From contig OZ024740.1 in NCBI GenBank assembly GCA_964016885.1, positions 321,966,001 through 322,030,000 on the forward strand: a stretch of 64,000 nucleotides of DNA. Reading direction: 5' to 3'. A model generated the notes under the pieces. It was not told the origin of the DNA. It was given only the letters and a program-made list of their open reading frames with translations, and ran no database searches. Position 1 is the stretch's first letter; every line of letters begins with the position of its first letter. Source of the stretch: Eledone cirrhosa (Eukaryota). The position numbers and the translations under genes were made by a program. Positions 54,174 through 64,000 of this stretch are shown one piece after another.

Positions 54174-55811
54174 TATATATAGTTACAACGGTGACACATA
54201 CAGGTACTTAAGTTTCGTTGGGTTATACACCCCCAACTCATTCAGCCTGTTATATAAACACACACATACACACATACATGCACACACACACACACACACA
54301 CACACATCAATGGTAAATATTCAGGTAAATGAAGTATTATGTCAATTACGTTTCAAGCTCAATGTAATTTTACAATCGGCAAGATAAGATGATTTTTTTC
54401 ACACATATATGTATTTATGTGTATTTCATTGAGAGGTGATGAGGAACAGAACTAGTCTTGTAGCAGTCACCTCTTAATAAAATAAAGTATCCTCATCCTC
54501 TGATTTCTGTTTATCTAGCTGCATTTCATTAATAATTCGATGTATATAGTTCTATAGTTGTAACAATTCTGTGATGCCGGTTTAATTACGGCCTCGACTC
54601 AAGACCAATCTTATGTCTATCTCTCTTCATCCTAACATCCTACCCAGCTAGCTATCTACAGGATATGTCACTTCTTAAGTCACATCCCAAACCACTTGGA
54701 ATTGTAAATTATATACGATAACTATGATCGTCAATTGCCTTAATTTGAACACAAATCAACACCAAACCAACGCTATTCACAAACTCAAGCAAATACAATC
54801 CATAAATCTACATTCAACCTCACTCACCAGACACATAACGTGCACGACTTAAAGTAAAAACCAATAGCGCCCTTCAAAACTATACCAAAACACTCTCAGC
54901 ATAACAGCTAACCTACTTTAATTACTGGTATGAGGGCGACAGATGTCATCGGTCTGCAGCCTCCATAATACATAATTTCTATATCACTCTATAATATCCA
55001 TTGGTTCATATGTTTGTTGATTTATTGTTCATTCTACATATTCAGAGCAGGAACTGTTGCTATATGTTTGTTGTAAAATCTACATACATTTCCAGAAGCA
55101 GGAAACCTTCTTATATAATGTTTGTTGTCCAATATATATATACACATCTACAGAGCAGGAATTGTTGCTATATGTCTTGTAGAATCTACATACATCTCCA
55201 GAGCAGGAAATGTCGCTATTATAATGTTTTATCATCCATCTCTTCATTTCGATTTTCTTGTTTTCTAGGACGTCCATGAAAACACTACTACTGCCCAAAA
55301 TGTTTGGAGATCATCCTAACTATATTCTGGGCCGGTTTGTTCATTTTCTGTGTATCTATGTCCATCTAGTAGCTTCTAGCCCCCCATACCTTTATTGTAA
55401 CGATTCGTTTTAAGATCACAGATAACTTCAGGTAATTTTCGTGCGTGGAAAGTGGCAATTAAAAAAGAAATTATAAACATAATCGTAATCTACACCTGAG
55501 AAACTCTACCCCTGCAAAATATGCCTTGAAAAAAGTTATGCAAAGATAAAATCAGGTGGGGGAGGGGACACTAACCTGCTATTACGTACACACACACACA
55601 CACACACATACTCAGACATATACAGACGACACAGTTTAGTGGACCCACCTGTCTATATACGCACTTTCATTAGTATGATGTTAAAGTGTGTATACATTTT
55701 TGGGGGACACTCTGTTATATATCCAGATTCCAGAGTTGTGTCGGGGGTAAGTAACCACAGTTAAAAAACGGTAGTCAATACATTGATAGAGTATAGACAT
55801 CTGTATTATAT

Positions 55812-55925
55812 ATAGAAATTACTACTACAGGGCTAGAGCTGTTTTATTCGTATGAAATCATCGATAATGTCCTGATGATTTCATAGGAATCGAATGAAAC
55901 CGATCTAGTCTTGTAGAAATCATCT
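55812..55925. repeat. inverted pair of decayed hammerheads (family of 42104/26214)
   Basis: The + arm has CTGATGA(55872-55878)-tttc...gaat-GAAA...TA/gaaat. The left part is the decayed reverse complement. Confidence 0.55.
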
Positions 55926-58116
55926 CCCCCCCCCCCCTCTCTCTCTCTCTCTTCATGCCTCCATCTAACTTTCTTAATAGTGCATATTTTGCGGAGATAC
56001 ATTTTCAAGGTGTTTATAAAAGTTATAAAATAAATGTAATTTTCACTCTCGGAAATTACTGGAAGTTGTCTGCTATCTTAAAATGAAAGACTTGCTTTTA
56101 GATATATAAAAACACGTTAGTGTCTCTTCTTCCTACACTTCGTTTTTCCCACCTTTTCTTAAAATGTCAACACTGGCCTACATAATATATAATAGTGACA
56201 TACCAGTTGTGATTCTCTTTCTCCTAATTCAGGGCACTTCCTTGTAGCATAACCGACCCCTCCACTGTTCGGTCACAGCATATACAGCGTATGTTATAAC
56301 TATCTGTTGTCGCCACACATCTGTGTATATATAATGTTCTCTATCACTGCATACATCCTGTGTTTTATAACAATCTGATGTCGCCATATAACTATACATA
56401 TATATATTTATATAGATAGATAGAAAGGGAGAGAGAGAGATGTAAAATCCCGACCACGGCGCCAAGTTGTTCCGGCTTGCCGCGGTCGATTTTTTTTACA
56501 CACCTCTATACACAATCAGCATCTCCTCATGCATCGAGTACTCCCATGATTAGTTGTCTCCTCTGTCTCAGCACCGTTTCTCCCCCCCCCCTCTCTCTCT
56601 ATATATATACACACACACACCATGGGGTGTGGTGTTTCAACAGAATAACTATTCTAATAGAATGCATGCAAATAAAGACAATTTATATTTTAAAAATTGG
56701 TATTATTATAGAAAAATACCCCTCTTGATTTCCGTGGGAAATGATTTATTTTTCGTTTGTGTGTGTACTTTTTTATTTTTTTTTTTTTGTACTATCAACT
56801 TATCTGACCTCTGAACAAGGGGTATGAATTTTCCTCAAGAAAACGGAGGGGGAAATTGAACGCCCCCCCGGAGTTTACTTTACCATTTTTTTTTTTAATA
56901 TTTCGTGCTATATTATCCGTTTTTTTTTTTTAGTTAACCGTATTTCACAACAAATGTCGGAATGGTTAGGTTTAGGAGTTAGTGTTAGAGTGTTTGGAGG
57001 TCAGATTTGTCGATAACATGCGAAAAAAAAAAAAAGACCTATGAAAAAATAAATTCCTCACCAAATGCGCGATAGTTGCAGATCTCCGAAACTCCGAGGG
57101 TCTTCTTTTTCTTCCTCTCTTTTTCTACAAAGGTAGTCGTTTCCGACTGGTTTGGAGGTCAGATTCATTGATAACAAAAGGAAAATGGTAAAGAAAACTT
57201 CGAAGGTGGGGGGAAAATCCAAGGATCCCCACCCCGTTCAGTTTTCCGAAAAGGAAAGTCAAATGTTCGGAGATCAGATTAGTTAACACACGTTAAAAAA
57301 AAAACGAGGAAAAGAAAAATAATTATTTCCCTCTGAAATCGTGAGGGATGTTTTCTATACATTTTCCTTCTTCTTATTCGCCCACTTATTCCTGAGGGAG
57401 TCGTTGGACCAGAGTCCTCAAACACTCCTTCCAGCGGGTCCTGTCAGAAGCAACCGTCTCCAAATGATCCGGCTGGATCCCCACGCGTGACCAGCCAAGC
57501 TCATGGATGTTATTCAAACATCTTGCTCGGGGTCTACCCCTGGGTCTCCTGTTGGTTGGTTTTGCCCGTAAAATCTGTCCAGCGATTCTTTCCTGATCTC
57601 CAAAAAATTATGTTTAAAAAAAAAGGGGGGTAAAATAGAAGACGCGTACAATCAATGACACGCCACAACAAAGGATGCTGGATCTAATAATTTTGAAGCA
57701 AACCATTACGCAGCATTGTCGTGGATGATAGCGAGTCTAAGACGTTGGAATAACCAAGCACCCTCATCAGGTGCATCACCTGATATATTAGTAAGGCGAA
57801 ACTCCAGCAATGACAAGAACCTGGATGTCAGCGGCCCAGCTTCTCCAAATGTGTCGAACACTGCAAGTTGAAAAATGTAGTTTGCTGATAATTCTTGGAT
57901 ATTTTATAATTTTATCCGACCTTCACTGCACCATCCATGATGTGAGAAGGAGCAAAATAGTTCCTAACTGCGACATCCCAAATGAGACCCCTTACTCAGG
58001 GACGAAGGGTAAGACCATCTGGTCTCTTTCCATAAACTCTGGACAATCTGGCTAGTCTAGAATTGAAGGGTTAGTGGCTCAATCCAGGACCCGCTTGATA
58101 ATTAAGTTCAACTATT

Positions 58117-58315
58117 TACGAGGGTCAGTTGAAAAGTTCATAGGCTCACTATGAAGTAATGCTAGAGCTGTGAAATTTAGCATGCCTTAATTTCAACTCT
58201 TCTTATTAATAACTACATTGTTTCTTTCCAAGGACTATGTTGAAAAATAAATCTCATTTGATTATTCCATGAGAGTATCTTGGTCAGCCTATGAACTTTT
58301 CAGCCGACCCTCGTA
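58117..58315. mobile_element. mariner-like MITE
   Basis: TIRs of about 28 bp, cgagggtcagttgaaaagttcataggct / agcctatgaacttttcagccgaccctcg, with a TA TSD. Confidence 0.85.
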
Positions 58316-58317
58316 TA

Positions 58318-58743
58318 TAATTGTTTCTACTTTTGGCACAAGGCCAGCAATTACCCCAGTGCATTACTGGTACTTTATTTTATCGACCCCGTAAGGATGA
58401 AAGACAAAGCTAACCTCGTATATAATAATGTTATTCCCCACAATTGTTGGCCTTAGTCCTTCATATATCTTACCGTGTTATTTTTGTTTATCATTTCAAC
58501 ATACAATATCGCTGTTTATGTTTTTCAATGAACTGGCAAAAGAAAATATATCTATAATTGTTTCTATTTTAGGCACAAGGCCAGCAATTACCCAGTACAT
58601 TACTGGTACTTTATTGTATCGACCCCATAAGGATGAAAGGCAAAGTTAACCTCGGCGGGATTTGAACTCAGATCATAAAGGGACGTAACTCTATGCTTCA
58701 AAGCATGGTCTCCGACTCTCTACCGATACTTCCAATCCACCGC
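58318..58743 (-). mobile_element. SINE family A copies (58318-58398 partial, 58556-58743 full)
   Basis: Reverse complements of the family A motifs. Confidence 0.85.
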
Positions 58744-60485
58744 TATATAATAAATGCGAATTCCTGTCGGTGTGTGTCCGGAAAATAACTTCCTTGTTGC
58801 TGGAGATGACGGTGGTGTCAGCCATGAGTAATAATTACGTGATACGTGGTATTGAATTCAAGCGAGCACTCAAATTGCTTTAATTCGTGTTCAATTTATT
58901 GCTGTGACCAATATGTTATCTTCATCTCTATAAGCAATACATTACCTAGTCACCAATAATATATAGGTATATGTGTGTTGAAGAAACTAAACGGCAAAAT
59001 CGTATATATCATTGCAAGTTCGTATCGTTCTATCGTCACGAAACACATTGTGTCCTTTATTTATAAGCGATTCGCAACACGCCACCATCGACGGTTTTAG
59101 CAATTTATTTGTGCCTTCTGCTGAGCTTTTTAAGTTTTATGGCGCCAGCACTACCACTTTACAGGGTAGATTGGATGCATTTAATTATGACACCAACACT
59201 ATCACTTTACAACTTGTACTGCGTGCATTTTATCGTGGCATCGGCTCTACCACATTATAGTGTGGACTGGATGTATTTTATTATGACACCAGCACTCACT
59301 TTACAATGTGTACTGGGTGCATTTTATCATGGACCCAATACTATCACTTTACAGAGTGAACTGGGGGCGTCTTATTATTGTGCCAGCACTACTACTTTAC
59401 AGGGTGGACTGGGTACGCTTAATTGAAACACTAAACCTATCGCTTTACAGTGGTGGTTGTATGATTTTTTTTTAAATATAGAGAATAGATTTGGAGGCCC
59501 AGTAGTATGGTATTTGTGTATCTGAAAATAGAGAGGTGGTATCAGAAATATTCTTCATATATCAATGTAGTGATTTTAATATCGAGTTAAATGTGGAGGT
59601 CAAGAGGTGTGGTGTTTGTGATGTCTGAAGAAATAGAGTTGGTAGCAGAAATATTAAGACAAAGTTGTTGTCAAGGATAATTATGTCTCCCTCTCCTCCC
59701 ATCTAAAACATTGATTTTTAATATGCTTTCTACGGCCCCATATTCTTTAACCTTTTTAATGCGAAACCATCTGACCCCACACCAAAGTTCTAGGATACAA
59801 AACTGTTTGTTTTAAAGTGTTTCTATTGATCTGAAAAGCCGTCCCTCATAATTTTACGTAAGCACCTTTTGTTAAGACAAGTTTCAAACCCTTTTGTTAC
59901 CGTATTTCCAATGAAAGACATTGTTTATGATTTTCAAGTAATTTTGAAAATAATTAAGAATTCGGAGAGATATAGTTAATGTTTCTAACTTTCTCGTTAT
60001 TAAGTTGGTGTTTGGGACATAACAAAGGTTCTTACATAAAATTACGATGGAAGATTTTTTAAAATAAATATAAACACGTGAAACAGTTTTGTATCATAGA
60101 ACCAGGAATGCTTTCAGATGATTTGGTATGGAAAAGGTTAATATTTTCTGTCGTGGTAATAATGTTAAAATTATATCATCAAATTATCGCTGTGATCAAT
60201 GTTATCTTCACCTTTATAAGCAATACACTATCTAGTCATCAATAATATATACATGTGTATTAAAGTAAATAAACGGCAAATCGTATATGTCATTCCAAGT
60301 TCGTATCGTTCTCTCGTCACGAAAAGTTTTACCCTTTATCTATAAGCAATTCGCTACACTGCGTAAAAGTGTAGAAAAGTGGCTGTGATGAAACAATGTT
60401 AAAATTATACCATCAAAACCACACACAATGTGATATACCCCACACACACCTAAAACTCTCTTAAACTGTACCCATGATAAATAAT

Positions 60486-60592
60486 TTCTTTCACACGGCA
60501 GTACTTATTCTAAATTTGGAACGATTCAGAGAAGATTTGCATGGAACCTGCGCAAGGATGACACGCAAATTCGTGTAGCGTTCTATATTTTT
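60486..60592 (+). pseudogene. U6: diverged U6 snRNA copy
   Basis: cggcagtacttattctaaatttggaacgattcagagaagatttgcatggaacctgcgcaaggatgacacgcaaattcgtgtagcgttctatattttt aligns to U6. The ACAGAGA box and AGC triad are mutated. Confidence 0.85.
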
Positions 60593-60835
60593 ATGTTTGT
60601 TTAAATATTAAATTCTTTATTATTTGTATTCAAGTAAATAAACTGCTTAAGTTGAATTTTGATTTAGGAACAGAATTATATACTTTAAATATATATATAT
60701 TTTAAATATGTATATTCCCGATGTTGTATCTTGAATTTCAGAAACCATGGTTGGAGCATTATATAAGTTAAAATTGACATTTTTTTTTAGCCGATTTGGC
60801 TCTTGTATCCTCACCCCAAAGGAGATTTGGCATAA

Positions 60836-61195
60836 GTTTACTTCTTCGGCCGAGTTTACACTCGCAAAGATTCAGCACGCCCTCTCCAATCGTCCCGGTC
60901 AAGCATGACATTTCTCAGTTCATCGATGTTATCAATGTTGGCATCTCTCAGCAGGGTATCAATGAATGAGACGGTCTGTCTTCCCACACTTCTTCGTCCG
61001 ACCGCCGGTTTCCAGAGCACAAGTTCTGATGCTATCTCTTCTAGATGACGGATATAGTGCCCAGCCAGTTTCATTCGTCTGTAGGCAACTTTTTTTTAGA
61101 CTGGTGGTAGTGATCTGTATAGTTCCTTATTTGTCAGCATCTGTTTCCAAGAAATGTTGAGAGCCATTCTTAACATCCTCGTATAACATCCGTTT
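60836..61195 (-). mobile_element. RTE-like LINE 3' fragment
   Basis: GCYTRMLRMALNISW and LAGHYIRHLEEIASELVLWKP..GRR..GR...MLDRDDWR. Confidence 0.75.
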
Positions 61196-62149
61196 AATAT
61201 ATATATATATATTTCAGATTGTATAATAACGTTCATGTCATTAAATGTTCTCTTGCAGTAAAAGCTACTTCATTTCACTTGTTATTAGCAATATATTTTA
61301 AGTGGAGGGTTCAGATGTTTTCTGTAGCTGCTATATTCCACTTTGTAGAATTTATGATTAAAACTATGGGAGTATTTGGCTCTTTAGTCTCGCAATCATT
61401 TCGCCTTACTGAAATAGCAGGAGATATTTGTGGGTGCTTGGCTATTCTAGCGTCTTAGTCTCGCTATCACCTGATCTTACTGAAGTATTAGGTGATGCTG
61501 GTGTGAGTTATTGATTATTCCAGCTGCTTAGTTTCACCATCACCTGGTCTTACTGAAGTATTGTTTCTGGTAAAAGTATTTATCTATTCCAGAACCTTAG
61601 CATCCCCATCTTACTGAAGTATCAGGTGATGCTCTGCGTAAAGGTGCTTAACTCTTGCAGTGTCTTAACCTCGCTATCATTCGTTGTAATGTCGTGAGTG
61701 TCTTTGCTTGCCTCAGATATTCTTAGATGGAAACACCAACATTCCTTATTGTAGTGTATAACTGTGTAGATATGTTCTCATATTTTCTCTGATTAATCGA
61801 CTTTTTATCCCTAAAATGGAATGGTGATCCTTGGATTGTCACAATCTCGGAGTTTTCTTCGGTGAGAATATCTTCATTTCTAAATTTTTTCATTTGCTTT
61901 CAACCGATCGAACACCCGACTGATTCGCCAACGGTGGTGAGGAGAGAGGGTAACCCTCGGAGTTACAGATAAGTACCTTTCAATCGTTTAAATTTATAGA
62001 AAAGCATCCGCTGGAGATCGCTCAAAAAATGTTTTCCTAGTTTTTTTTTCCGTGTGTTTTCAACTAATCTGACCTCCGACATGCTCGGAAATGGGGGGGG
62101 GGGGGGGGCATTTCGAGTAGAATCAATAAGGTTTATTAAAGGGGAAAAC

Positions 62150-64000
62150 TAGACTAGAGGGAACTAGTTAGAAAGCTAGAAGAGAACCTTAGGAATGTTA
62201 CGTTTTCAGAGCTAGGGCGCTTGCTCTTAGATAAGAAAGGACGAAAGCCGTTCGGTGGGCCCGAGAGGCGGACGCGTGAACTATCAAGAAAGCCACAATT
62301 CGGTATTTGGCTGACCCCAACGAGCTATTGGTACTCGAACCCAAGCAGATGTGTGCGGTTTTTCAGCGACATTTCGCTCAAATGTTCGGGAGCAGTGGCG
62401 GGCCAGATCATCGAGAGATGGATTTCAGTGTCTACCTCGATGGTATGCCGCAGCTCTCGGCGAGGAGGGCGGAGTGTTACGAAACGCTGATAATAGCCGA
62501 TGAAATATGGGGCGCAATGGCTAGCTGCACGAAGGGGAAATCGCCTTGTTTGGATGGTCTGCCCAACGAGCTTTATGCAAACATTTCAGACTTGTTCGTC
62601 GATATCTTAGAAGATTTCTACGCCAACTGGCTGCAAAACGGGAGAATTCTCAGTTCCGTAAGCCGAGAGGCAGTGGTGCTGTTGAGGGACCATATAAATA
62701 ATTTCAGGCTCATAACTCTGCTAAACGCATAGTTTAACATTTTGACGAATGTGTTAGCGATGAAGTTGGCACTTGTCATCGGTGGTCTGATAGGGAAGGC
62801 GTAAACATCCACCATTCCGAACACATCCATCCACCAAAACTTCCACTTTATTCGATATAACATAGAGAGGGTGGATAAGGAACCTGGCATGAGTGGGGCC
62901 TTAATCAACTTAGATCAATCGAAAGCTTTCGATAGGGTCGACCATCGTACCTGGCTGCAGTCCTCAAGGCAGCCGGCTTCGGGCCTCGTTTTCAGAGGAT
63001 GGACAGCGACATCTGCTCTGTGGTCAGTGAACAATTGTCTCTCGGAACCATTCAACATCAAGTACTCTGTCCGCTATGGTTGTCCCCTCTCGTCTCTGTT
63101 GTATGTATTGACTCTCGAGACACCACTAGACAAACTGGAGACGTTGAGAGGCATCACGTGTGAACTAGGATGTGGGAGATCCGTGTCAGCATATGCCTAC
63201 GACATCACCGTTGTGGTGCCGAACAGCAAACATTGAGTTGATCGGCACCGCTCTCGGGTAATACGAAGCGATAACAGAAGCAAACAATAACCAGGAAAAC
63301 TCCGTGAACTTGCAACTCGGCATCCAATAGCGTCGCCTGGCGCTTGGCGGACGGATCGTTAAATTGACGGGGTTCTAGTTTCATGAAGAACTCCAAATAG
63401 ATAAAAACTGCGACGAGGTAACGATCAGGGTGGTTTCTCTCATCCAGAAATGGGCCGAAAAGAAGCTATCCCTGAAATGTCGGGCAGAGGTGGTAAATGC
63501 GTACATCGCGTCCGTCATCTACTACTGACTGACCGTCGTGCTTTGTCCTGGTTCATGTCTAGACCGCTAGAGCGTTTGCTCTTTCACATATTGTGGATGG
63601 GACAGGTTCTATTGGTCAGGCGGGCCATTTGTAGCCACACGGTGCGTGAAGGACAGGGCGTGCCGTGGCTGATGATGTGCAAACATGTACTCAGGCTACG
63701 TCATCACCATCTTTACTTCGACGGTGAACGTCTCTTTGACAGAGCTTAAGTCTTGGGTCAAGTGAAAACCTAGAAGTGCTTGGAAACTGGAATGTCCTCA
63801 AGCACTCACAGTCCTTAGGCAAACGAGCAGTACGATCGGTGGAAACTCCACATTTGTGTTCTATAGAGCGTTAGAGGAAAGTAAAAACGATGCCGCTCTT
63901 GGGGTGACTCTTGGCGTCGACAAAAATCAACTAGCCCCTTTTATTCAGAGGAGTTTCGGTCCAGGGCACATGGATAACTTCCAGAAATCCCTAGGTGGAG
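62150..64000 (+). mobile_element. Tx1/L1-clade LINE RT, decayed, running off the window
   Basis: GKSPCLDGLPNELY, NFRLITLLN, NLDQSKAFDRVDH, SVRYGCPLSSLLYVL, AYAYDIT, with multiple stops and frameshifts. Confidence 0.85.

Noticed and set aside
58880-60360. Direct repeat of about 200 bp (58880-59080 / 60165-60360) considered as an LTR pair
   Set aside because: No TG...CA ends, PBS, PPT or TSD, so it is more likely a local duplication.

Overview
This is AT-rich, repeat-saturated eukaryotic nuclear DNA. The (TA)n/(CA)n density and the SINE/LINE/Helitron/Penelope mix suggest an octopod cephalopod, but that is inference. Most ORF-track entries are microsatellite artefacts. Probable host features are an intact intron-containing tRNA-Leu(CAA) gene (27209-27321), the first coding exon of a UBASH3/Sts-like UBA-domain gene (52084-52199, missed by the ORF track) and a diverged U6 snRNA copy (about 60486-60592). 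Mobile DNA includes a decayed Helitron Rep-helicase, a three-level nested insertion (TIR element > Helitron > RTE), RTE, CR1/L2-like, Tx1/L1-like and CRE-like LINE remnants, two Penelope-like (RT/GIY-YIG) remnants, two tRNA-derived SINE families and several MITEs. The most striking hidden signal is about 20 type I hammerhead-ribozyme motifs, intact or decayed, from at least 8 unrelated sequence families. They sit in short non-coding islands, mostly in or beside (TA)n tracts and often as inverted pairs. Recurring non-canonical features are a U.U pair at the base of stem II and stem II regions of up to about 115 nt. All folds were done by eye and no activity is demonstrated.
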